Source of the DNA: Naegleria gruberi
Taxonomy: Eukaryota
Direction: 5' to 3' (one strand)
DNA length: 64,000 bases
Assembly: GCA_000004985.1 (NCBI GenBank)
Contig: GG738888.1
Each line of letters begins with the position of its first letter. Within the stretch, counting starts at the first letter, position 1. The notes under the pieces are model-generated. The model saw nothing but the letters and a program-made list of their open reading frames with translations, did no database searches and was not told the origin of the DNA. Of this stretch, positions 1-10,134 are shown piece after piece. Both the position numbers and the translations under genes were made by a program.

Positions 1-94
1 CAAATTAAATCTGTAAAGATTTTTCGTAGTTTTTACAATATTAAACGGTTTCAGCCAGTCGGATTCGATGGGACATCATAAGGCATTAAGTTAT

Positions 95-3000
95 TTATTT
101 CTTCTTCTTCATCGACTGCTTAACCTTCTTTGTGGATGGTCCATCATCGTTGGTAATATCCTCTGATTGGCCCTTTTTACGTTTGTTAGAAGCGCCATTC
201 TTCTTGTCAGTGAGTGTTGTTTTTTCATCTCTTGTAGTAGTTCTTTGATTGTTATTGTTGTTTGTTGTTGTTGTTGGAGTAACAATAGATGGAGGTTGAA
301 TTTCGGTTGAGAAAGGCGCTAAAGGAGACTCTTGATTTACTTCAACCTTGGAAATAATACCTTCTCCCATTGTCTTTATCTCGAACATGAGTTGAGGAAT
401 GTTCAATTCCAACATTAATCCTGACTTTTTCTTATCAGTACCAGTTGTACTATTGGCAACATTTGGTGCTGGCTTCATACAATAGGTATTACTGATTGAA
501 GATTGTTTGGCGGAGAGAACTTCTGGATTAATGGCCATAGTAATCATTGTATTATTGCAATCCTTAAAGATGAGGCCAAAACGAGAGAATCTTTGTTTAA
601 GGTCACTGTAGAGTAAATCATAAGGATTGAATCCTGTTGGTAATTTTCTATCAATATTTTGTTTGAGGTGAATGATTAAATCATAACTATCCATGTCAGT
701 GGATACAAACAGTGATGGCAATTCAGTGTTTGAGGTTTGTAAATATTCAATAAGCTCAATTTCAGTGTTCATGGCGAATTGAATCATTCTGTGAACAATG
801 ATAGCTGGTGGATTCTTTCTGGTCCAAACATAATCCATATTGTAGGAGGCAACAATGTACATGCTTGGCTTTTCATCTAAATCTTCATAGGTATTCAAAC
901 ACTTGGCAAATTCTTTTTGTACATTTTCTTCATCTTCTGTTGAAGTATTTACAAAGAGTGGAGTATCAAACCAGGAGTGAGTACAAATCAAATTCAAAAA
1001 TCTAAAGAATCCGCAAATGGCAGTCTTTGGTGCACGATATGGTGAATTTGGATCTGTAAAAATGTGCATACACATCAATTCAACAACTGCATCCTCAAGA
1101 TAATCAGACATAAAGTGAGTATTGACCCATGATTTGGCAAGTCTAACTGTTTCAGAATATTCCTTATGGTTACTCTTAAAGATACCAGAGTATTTGTAGT
1201 GCAATGGCAAAACTGTAAGAGTCTTTTCCAATTCGTGAACATTTGGATTGAGAGCTTGACCAGATCTCTTAATAATATTAATTTCCTTTGAGACAAAGAT
1301 AACAACACGGAAAGTGAATCCTTCACAAACAATATCAATCCATCTTCTTGTTGGAACTGTCTTCATTTGCAAAGTTTCACTATATTTCAAATAAATTAAT
1401 TGTTTCAATCTGTCCAAAGCTTCGACATCATCTGGCCATCTAGCATTACTTCTGAATTGCAAAACTGTCAAAATTGGAGAACTAACACTTGGAGAAGAAA
1501 CAGAGACATTGTAATATTCTGGTGAAATAACAGAAATATTTTCAACAACCAAGTTGATATCTGTTTCCATTATAATTTCCTCGAGTCTACTAAAAGCATG
1601 AGTTACCTTTGCATTAATTTCCTCAGATTCCTTCTTATTGGTCTTCAAAATGGAGTAAACATCTGAAGCAGAAACTGTACATTCAATATTCTTATCGAGA
1701 TGTTTTTGTAAAATGTAACTACAAACACTTTCTAAAAGCTTGACAGAACATTCCGTATCCTTGATGGTCCATTCAGTACAAACATGGAGAGTACCATTAA
1801 AGTCCTTAGTGGTTGTCTTTTTTCCCCAGAAGGTTTTAAATTCTTCAGTCTTTTCCTTGTTGAGTGGAGAAGGACCAACAGTGACTGGTTCAAACCATTT
1901 CTTCTTTAAAATAAGACCAACAAAAACTGTATCATCATTGCTTTCAACAATTCTCAAATATTTAACTCTTTCATCGAGAGCCTGTACGAGAGTGCTTGAA
2001 ATGAGTTGAGATGTTGACTTTTCACCGTCATTCTTGAATGAAGTTGGAATCTTGACTGACAAGATTGCATCAAACTTGTACCAAAAGTTGTGCTTGGTCA
2101 AGAAAAGTAATTCAACACCTTGGGTACTCTTTTCGTCTTTCATGTAGGCGAGAGTATTGTTGGCTTCAGATTGAATTTCTCTCCAAGCATTCTTAGTAAC
2201 TCTGTTGAAAATATTGAAATCACCATCAGCATCAAGCAAAACCAAATCAAAGGCCTTTGTAAAAACAGGATCGACTGGCTTACCAGAAAGAGACAAACCC
2301 TTGGCAATAGAGTCATCTGATTTAACAATCCAATTCATAAATAACTTGATCATTTGGAAGGAACTCATTGTCTTGTTAATCTTTCTGATGGAGAGCAAAT
2401 AATTTACCAGCATTGAAATTAAAAATCCGTTCAAACTATCATCAGATTGATAAATATTTCTATTTCTTGCCCAAACACGCAATAAAATTGCTGTCTCTAC
2501 CAAAACTGGGCAATCCTTCATTTCCTTGTGCAGTATTTCCAAATGTTTTTGATAATATTGATCCTCAGCAATTCTATGGTATTCCACAATTCCTTCTGGC
2601 TTCAAATGTTTGCCAAAGATAGTGTTTTCTATTGACGGTATAATTCTAATCTTGAAAGCATTCTTTCCAACTTTAAAGTTGATAGAAATTATTGGTTTCC
2701 AAAGATCTCCTCTGAATGGTACAATTTCCAAGTTTTCAAATAATTCGTTAGATTTAATATTTTCTGCAATAGCACAGAGATAGTAAGCTCTCTTCTCGAA
2801 GTATGTTTTTCCGTAATCTTTTGATGAAATATAATTCTAAATGGCTGTTATAACGATAAATTCTAATACTATCTCCTTACCTTTGGCATGACTACAGAAA
2901 TATCAATATTCTTATATGGTTTAGCAATAGTTCTCAACAAATAAGAACCAACAATTGCAATATTTTGAGGTGCGTTACATTGCAACTTTTGGACCTTATC

Positions 3001-3518
3001 TGAAATTTTGATAAACTTTGAAGGATAAATTTCACTAAGATTTTTAACCTTATATGATGAAATTGTATCGAAAATTTCCTTCAAACCTCTTAAACCATCT
3101 TCAATTTTAGTGCACTTCTTCCAATCAACTGATGCCTTTTTCAAAACTTCAGCAAACTATAATCTATAAGTAATTAATTCCGAATCACACTTACAGAAAA
3201 ACGAAAGAGTGGAGACTGAAACAAATTTTTGGTATCTGTCAAATTTCTAATTTCCTCCTGTGTGAAATGACTTCTCTTTTCTTGTTTTTTGTCATCAATA
3301 ACATATTCATCTCCCATCTGTTCTCTCATAATTCTAATTTTTTCCTCATCTGTTAAACCAGAATCTTCCCCTCCAAATTCTTCATCCAACATTTCAGCTG
3401 GTTTAAATCCATCATCGTCATCTTGTGTTACTTGTTCTTCTTCAACAACATCCTCTTCAATGTTTGTTTCTTCCTCTTCGTCCTTTGTTCCGAGAGATGA
3501 TAAATAATCGTCAGACAT
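95..3518 (-). CDS. Nrap/NOL6 (Utp22-like) nucleolar RNA-associated protein; 3 exons 3518..3195, 3156..2881, 2836..95
   Basis: The 878-aa ORF has an Nrap-family layout with a C-terminal basic KKKK tail. The upstream ORFs 2869..3144 and 3174..3518 join in frame through GTAAGT..TAG introns of 38 nt (3157..3194) and 44 nt (2837..2880). The middle exon carries a nucleotidyltransferase-like 'IAIVGSYLL..DIDISVVMP' motif and the first exon an acidic N-terminus. ATG at 3518. Confidence 0.75.
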
Positions 3519-3773
3519 TTTCTTCCACTTATTTTTTTAAAATCAAATTTTCGAAATTTTTATTGAACAAGCCTTTTAATTTGATATTCAAACAATTGGA
3601 TAATTAAAATTGAGGACCTTCAATAAGAAAACGTTAAGTTAGACGTCTCTTATCATAAAAGGAGTTTTGATATAACAATTTTCTCAAGTTTCCTTTGTAA
3701 TTGAACCACACATTGTTTCTTGCTCAGGAATTCTTCTTGTTCAATATTTTTAGCTCCTGCCGTTAATGAAAAA

Positions 3774-5894
3774 ATGAATGAAATCTTCTCTTCATCACGA
3801 TCAGGTGTTTACCACACAACCAACAAGAAGAAGGGACTGATGAATTCATCATCAACATCCTCAACTCATCACACAACAAGATGGCTCATATCTTCATTGC
3901 TATACTTGTTGATGTTCATTATTTTGTATAGAGTCAATGCTATGACACCCCAACAACAACAACAAACAATTCCTATCCACAACAATCTAAATGATAATAC
4001 TACACCATCTTCTTCGGATTCAATGTCCACTTCTACATCATATGACTACTTACAACATACACTCTCGAAGGAAAATGTAGCAGTTGTAGCAACAACATTG
4101 GCCACTCTAGCCTATGGATACAACAAACGTTTTGCTGATCAGACAGGAAGACTTTGGGATGGTCTTCAATCCTTTGTTTCTACTTCTTCCAAGTTAGCAA
4201 GTGATAGTGGTGTTGGTCCGGATGCTGCCTTTATTCAGAACAAGGAGTTTCTTGTTGGAAAGGCACAATTCGTGAAGAGTATTCTGGAGAAGAAGATTCA
4301 TCTATTGTTCTCGTGGAAAAACATGTTTACAGTGACCAAATGGGCTGTTATTGCAACTTCATCTGCTCAGACTGTCAAACTTGTTTATGAATTGTGGATT
4401 TATGAAGACATCTTTCAACATGCTGGGGAAACTTTACATAACTTTAAACATGATCAGAGGGAAATTTATGATCGGTTGAACGAACTCATTGATGTTTTGG
4501 AACAAATGTCCAATCTTGTTGTTACACAGGAAAGGTTTATTCCTTCATCATCGACTCCTTCAAAGTTATTTACAAGGTTGGGAGAGGCTACTAAATTAGA
4601 TGAAAGCTTTGAAAAGAATTTCATTAAATTGACCAAAAAGTTTACCAAGATTCAAGCCACTCTCCAAAAGGACATTGAAGGAATGCAAGCACAAATGGAA
4701 GAATTGAAGAGTAAGGTTCAGCAAGACTCTGCATTCTTTAAGAAGAGACAAGAGAAATCACTTACTAATACTTTTGTTGGAGCTTCTTGTTTGGCATTAA
4801 GTGTTGGAGCTTCTTTATTGTTCCCTCCAGCAGCACCTGCAATTCTTGCTTCACATGCTGGTGGTATTATCAGTTTATCAGTAGCTGGTATCAATTATGG
4901 TCTCTACTATTATTCAAACTCAAAGAAGGATAAGGCAGAATATAGATTGAAAGAAGTAGTAAAATTGCAAGAGCAAATTGGAAGTATTCGAAACCAATCA
5001 ATGGAATATTTGAATCATTATGAAGCTCAAAAGGCAGAAATTGTCAAATATATGAAGAAGTTGAGATCTGAGGACAAGAAGAAGAAATCCTTGTCGACAC
5101 TTTTACTACCAGCTATGCATGATTTCAACCCACTGGAGACTGAAAACTTGGAGCAACGACTTTGGAATATTGTGGGAATATACCAAGCAAATACTCTCCT
5201 GTTATGGTATCACTCTTTCCATTTCATTTTCCTAATGATGACACTTTTCACATTTGCCAAAAATGGGTTGAATATGTCAGCCAAGACATTGGTTGTATTG
5301 TTCTTCTATTGCGCTATCCTCCTCACCCTAGATATGGCTTACGATTTTAAAGAGAGCCGACAAACAACCTTAGATATCCATTTAGATACTTCCATTCTTT
5401 TTATTAAGGTTACTAAGCAAACATACGAGGAAAGATATAGGCATGAATGTATTTGGTATGAGCTTCCAGTCAGAAAACAATTAGAATTGGATTTAAAATC
5501 ATTGGTTCTTAAATTTGTTCCAGGATATTCAGATGTGGCAGATAGTCTTACTGCCACCAATGCCAGTGGTCATTTAATTCACAGCTCTAAATGTCTTCAC
5601 TACAAACAAGTTATGGAAAGTAATGATGATAGTGTGACCTCTAATTTGATTCAAACCAGTACTCATTCAATTGTTGGTGTTGATGTTAAACAAATCAACA
5701 ATCCATCAGAGATGTCCGGCAGTACATATTTTGATTTCATAAGCTCTGTATTTTTCAGACTAATCCGAACAGCAGCTGACTGTTGTGAAATTGTTTATGA
5801 AAGGACATCAATTGGTGCCAAGCTTTGCTTGGGAATGGCGCTAGCTTCCGTTCTATTTATTATTGCAAAGAGGATTGTTTGTTGTGGCTTGTAA
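3774..5894 (+). CDS. multi-pass membrane protein with central coiled-coil region (unknown function)
   Basis: Long ORF whose track start is TTG; the first in-frame ATG is at 3774. It has an N-terminal hydrophobic anchor and a poly-Q tract. A coiled-coil-like segment (KLTKKFTKIQATLQKDIEGMQAQMEELKSKVQ) sits between several predicted transmembrane helices. No homologue recognised. Confidence 0.45.
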   Translation: MNEIFSSSRSGVYHTTNKKKGLMNSSSTSSTHHTTRWLISSLLYLLMFIILYRVNAMTPQQQQQTIPIHNNLNDNTTPSSSDSMSTSTSYDYLQHTLSKENVAVVATTLATLAYGYNKRFADQTGRLWDGLQSFVSTSSKLASDSGVGPDAAFIQNKEFLVGKAQFVKSILEKKIHLLFSWKNMFTVTKWAVIATSSAQTVKLVYELWIYEDIFQHAGETLHNFKHDQREIYDRLNELIDVLEQMSNLVVTQERFIPSSSTPSKLFTRLGEATKLDESFEKNFIKLTKKFTKIQATLQKDIEGMQAQMEELKSKVQQDSAFFKKRQEKSLTNTFVGASCLALSVGASLLFPPAAPAILASHAGGIISLSVAGINYGLYYYSNSKKDKAEYRLKEVVKLQEQIGSIRNQSMEYLNHYEAQKAEIVKYMKKLRSEDKKKKSLSTLLLPAMHDFNPLETENLEQRLWNIVGIYQANTLLLWYHSFHFIFLMMTLFTFAKNGLNMSAKTLVVLFFYCAILLTLDMAYDFKESRQTTLDIHLDTSILFIKVTKQTYEERYRHECIWYELPVRKQLELDLKSLVLKFVPGYSDVADSLTATNASGHLIHSSKCLHYKQVMESNDDSVTSNLIQTSTHSIVGVDVKQINNPSEMSGSTYFDFISSVFFRLIRTAADCCEIVYERTSIGAKLCLGMALASVLFIIAKRIVCCGL

Positions 5895-5935
5895 ATAAAA
5901 ATTATGTTTTATACTATGTACAATTTTATTCTTCT

Positions 5936-6148
5936 CTAGTTTTTCGTTGTTGATGTTGATGTTAATTGTTTTTGTTTTTCCTTTTCAGCAAACTTTTTCA
6001 CACACTCATTGTAGTTCCTCATTTCATCCTCACATTGATTTTGATTGAAATTATTCTTTGCTAAACATCCTTGAATTTTACATGCCAAAGTATGACAAGG
6101 ATCGTCACTTGATTTATCTATATTCCACATTCCGACAGTATTTTTCAT
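5936..6148 (-). CDS. CHCH-domain (twin Cx9C) small protein, Cox19/Cmc-like mitochondrial IMS protein
   Basis: 70 aa with ATG at 6148. Two Cx9C motifs are visible in the sequence: C-HTLACKIQG-C and C-EDEMRNYNE-C. Confidence 0.55.
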   Translation of the reverse strand: MKNTVGMWNIDKSSDDPCHTLACKIQGCLAKNNFNQNQCEDEMRNYNECVKKFAEKEKQKQLTSTSTTKN

Positions 6149-6653
6149 GTCACCACATTATAAATCGATGAAGACAACCAACCTCTATTAATTGCAGTGT
6201 TTCCCATTTTTTTAATTTATTATTAATTATTATCATCCCGAATAACTTGTTTGGTCCGTGTTTTGGTCGTTTTGGTGTAAATTTTTCATTCTGGCCACCA
6301 ACTTTGATCGATTTTTAATTTTAAATTCAGAGAAAGAATGGGACCATACTGTTCTTAATGGTTATCAAGCTATGAAATCAGATGTTATTTACACATAAAC
6401 AGCTGTCAACCCGACTGCTATTATCATCATAAGGTGATGATTCATCAATAAGCTTCTTATTCGATCCATCTTCATCTACCTCATTGCGATCATCAGTATG
6501 AGTGAGTGGATCTTAGCGCCTTATTTCAAAGCCTAAAAAAATGGGGAAAACACCAACACAAAGGAACGCTCCATACGTTTGAAAATGGAGGATGATTTGA
6601 TTGAGAGAGCTTGATTCTGATCCTCGGAATCAGATGATGAGGAGCAATTCATA

Positions 6654-7278
6654 ATGGATCAGCAAGAAGAGGAAGTAATTCGACATTACTCGGTGAGTTG
6701 TTTGATGATAACGGAGGTTTTGATCGAGCTTTTGGATCCATTCCTAATTTTCATATCAGCATGATAATGATGAAAGTCTAAACAAGCCTGTTCATTACAT
6801 GAAGGAGACGGACCAAATGCAAGTGCTGGACCTAATCAACAAGCATGTACGTATATCTTTAATGTATCATTCAACTGTATCAGTGTTTACACTCAAAGGG
6901 TAAGATCGTTCACACCATGTTGGATGGCTCTTGTTATGGAGAAAACTCTCCACTCCAATAACATTGTTCAACTCGCAAACAATAGGTATGTTTTCTATTC
7001 ATTATAATTTATTCATCAAGAATTGACATAACGGAATTCATTAGTTGGTATTCATTGATATTAATTCATTCATATTTCAGGTAAGTTTAATGTATTTGAT
7101 TCATATGTAAACAAACTGGTCACGTAAAATATTTATTCATGTAGGAATAGTGTTGGCCAATGACAGCCACTCCATTTCTCCTAATGAAGTGCTTGGTCCT
7201 GCTGTGCTTGTCAAGGATATCAATGAAAAGCTTATTGTTAGACCCTTACTTAAATGTCATGCAATGCTATTGAGATGA
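6654..7278 (+). CDS. tentative small intron-rich gene (roadblock/LC7-fold-like?); exon model unresolved
   Basis: There is a dense series of canonical plus-strand donors (GTGAGT 6700, GTACGT ~6841, GTAAGA ~6899, GTATGT ~6984, GTAAGT ~7081) and acceptors (..tcatatcag, ..ctgtatcag, ..catgtag ~7142). One consistent join gives MDQQEEEVIRHYS|HDNDESLNKPVHYMKETDQMQVLDLINKH|CLHSK|G-IVLANDSHSISPNEVLGPAVLVKDINEKLIVRPLLKCHAMLLR*. The motif 'KGIVLANDSHSISP' resembles the roadblock/LC7 'KGVQGIIVVNTEGIPI' signature. Confidence 0.2.
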
Positions 7279-7864
7279 TTTTCTTCTAGTAAGTTACTTT
7301 AATAGATAGTTGAAATCTGATACTTGTTGATGTACTATAATTGTAATACCTATCATCTTGAATTTATTTAAATGCAGAGTTATCATGCTCCTTTGTTGAA
7401 ATCTTGAATGTAATCTTGACTTGGAGAAATTTCTCTAAGTCAGGACATTGTGAAATAATAAACTTATTAATTTATTAAAAAACTTTGGTCCAATAATTTA
7501 ATTTTGAAAATTAGGTACCAAATTTTGGTCAATTTTAAAATTTAAGCCTTGCCACCTAATCTGTACAGCGATGAAAATTTAAAAACGACCAAAAGTGGTC
7601 AGCAAAATTGAAAATCAATAGAGCAAACTCCATTAAAAATAATGTCATTTTGCACCAATTTATGGTACCACAGCAACTCATTCGGGATGAGTTAATCAAA
7701 TGAAAAATTAAAGAGGTTGTGATTTTGACTCAAATTATCAATATTTCGAATTGTGTTGGCATAATCTCAGCTTTATCATCTTTGGTTTATCAGAATATTT
7801 TATAGAATTGATTTACTAAACAAGGGTTGAACTGATTCATATTTCACAATTTAAAATAATGTTT

Positions 7865-7984
7865 GGCTACGGCCATATCACGATGAATGCACCTCATCCC
7901 GTCCGATTTGAGAAGTTAAGCATCGTCGAGACACATCAGTACTGAGGTTGGAGACAACTTGGGAACCTGTGGTGCTGTAGTCTT
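7865..7984 (+). rRNA. 5S ribosomal RNA gene (copy 1)
   Basis: 120 nt reading GGCTACGGCCATATCAC...CATCCCGTCCGATTTGAGAAGTTAAGC...GGTTGGAGACAAC..GGGAACCTGTGGTGCTGTAGTC, followed by a T-run Pol III terminator. All canonical 5S boxes are present. Confidence 0.85.
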
Positions 7985-8392
7985 TTTTATTCAATTTTAT
8001 TATTTCGCTGTTGTGGATACAATTTAATTACTGAACCAACAATCAATAGATTCGTTGCCTTCACTGTTCATACAGTCAAAGACTGTAGCGGGATAGTCGA
8101 GGCTTCCCGTCTAATTATTAAGCGAAGATTTAATTAAAAAAAACATTACCTCTGAACAAGTCAAAATCTCCAACATAGAGACAACAATGAATACTAAAAA
8201 AGAAAACGACTAACCAATACCAATCTCAACAACAACTGTTCGCCTCCAGCTGGTTTTGGAAGTCTTATTAGCATTATTGGTATTATAATTATGGCAATAA
8301 CTCTCACCAAGCAATTGTCTAAATTATTTTTTTTGTTAACAATAATTATTCATGTTTCAATCCCAGAACTGACATTTAAAAATCTTTAAAAA

Positions 8393-10007
8393 ATGATCAC
8401 ACAACCAAACCATTCCATCACATCAAAGGGCACTGAAAATTTCCTATTCTCTGATGATTCTCTTTTTGAAATTTTATCTTTTCACAATGATTTTACATTT
8501 GTTGTAACCAGTTGTGCATTAGTTTCTAAACAGTGGTTTAATGTCGTTAAATATAATTGTAAACACCTCTCCCTATCACGTAATAGTGATGATCGGGAAA
8601 TGGTTGGTCAATTTTTGGAAAATATTGCAAATCTTGCAGTGAGAATGAATGGAGAAATTGGATTTAATTTACAGGTTTTGGATTCGATGAAAGAATTGAA
8701 AAAACTCAATTTAGAATACAATAATATTGATCCAAATGGAATTAAGTATTTAGGTTCACTGAAACAATTGACTGATCTCAATGTATCTTGCTGTTACATT
8801 GGATTGAATTTGAGTCATTTAATATTATTGAAAGCATTAACTCATCTTAATATAACTAGTAATAATATTCGTGCAGAAGGAGCCAAATACATTGGTGAAA
8901 TGAAGCAATTGACTAAACTTTCTATTGGCTCCAATGATATTGGCCCTGAAGGAGCCAAGTATATTAGTGGTCTTGAACAATTAACTTATCTTAATATCCG
9001 TTCAAATGATATTAAAAAAGATGGAGCAAAGCACATTAGTGAAATGAAACAGTTGACTTACCTTAATGTTGTTGGAAACCATATTTGTGATGGTGGAGCT
9101 AGATTTATAAGTGAAATGAAACAATTATCTAATCTTAGTGTTGGATACAATGATATTGGTGAGGAGGGAGCCAAGTATATCAGTGAATTGATGAATGTAA
9201 GCATACTTGATATTGGTGGCAATTCTATTAATGAGAAGGGAGCCAAGTTTATTGGTGAAATGAAACAATTAACGGATCTTAGAATTTATTGTTGCAACAT
9301 TGGAGTAGAAGGAACACAATACATTTCATCACTGAATCAATTAACTCATCTTTCTATAAGTACAAATAATATTGGGGATGAGGGAGCCAAGTACATTGGT
9401 CAAATGAAACAATTAACAGATCTTAGCATACGTGAAAATAAGATTGGAATTGAAGGAGCAAAATCTATTGGTCAATTGAAAAATTTACTTAACCTTTACA
9501 TTTCTGGCAATGAAATTGGAGATAATGGAGCCCAATTTATTAGTGAAATGAATCAATTGACTATACTTGATATTTCTAGTATTAATATTACACCAATAGG
9601 CATAAAATATATCAGCAACATGGAGTATTTAACTGACCTAAGGATTATTGATAATAATATTGATTCGATGGGTGCAAAATATCAGTCAAATGAAGCAATT
9701 AACAAGTCTTGATGTCTATAACAATACCATTGGTGTTGAAGGAGCTAAATATCTAAGTGAAATGGAACAATTAACTAATCTTGAGATACCAAACAATGAA
9801 ATTGGTGACAAAGGCGTACAATTCTTAAGTAGAATGAAGCAATTAACCAGACTTGACCTAAATGAAAATAAGATAAGCGATGAGGGTGCCATATTTATTC
9901 TGGAAATGAAGAATTTGATAGATCTAAGTGTATATCATAATGAGATCAGTGAGGATTTCACTGAACGTTTAAGAGAAATGAAACAGTTAACTTATCTTGA
10001 TATTTAA
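8393..10007 (+). CDS. RNI-like / NLR-type leucine-rich-repeat protein (stand-alone LRR), apparent 2-nt deletion frameshift near 9680
   Basis: About 20 tandem 28-aa repeats of the form 'L..L.I..N.IG.EGAKYI..MKQLT.L'. ORFs 8393..9712 and 9648..10007 carry the same repeat and differ by a missing 'AT' in ...GCAAAATAT[AT]CAGTCAAATGAAG (consensus GAKYISQMKQLT). ATG at 8393. Confidence 0.6.
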
Positions 10008-10134
10008 AATAGGAAAATCATTTTTCTAATAATCCCATTTCTCTTTGTAAACTGAGAAATACGTTTCGTACAAAATATTTGAAACAAGGATTTGGGAACT
10101 TGGCTTTTACTTCAATAATGCACTTTGATTTATT

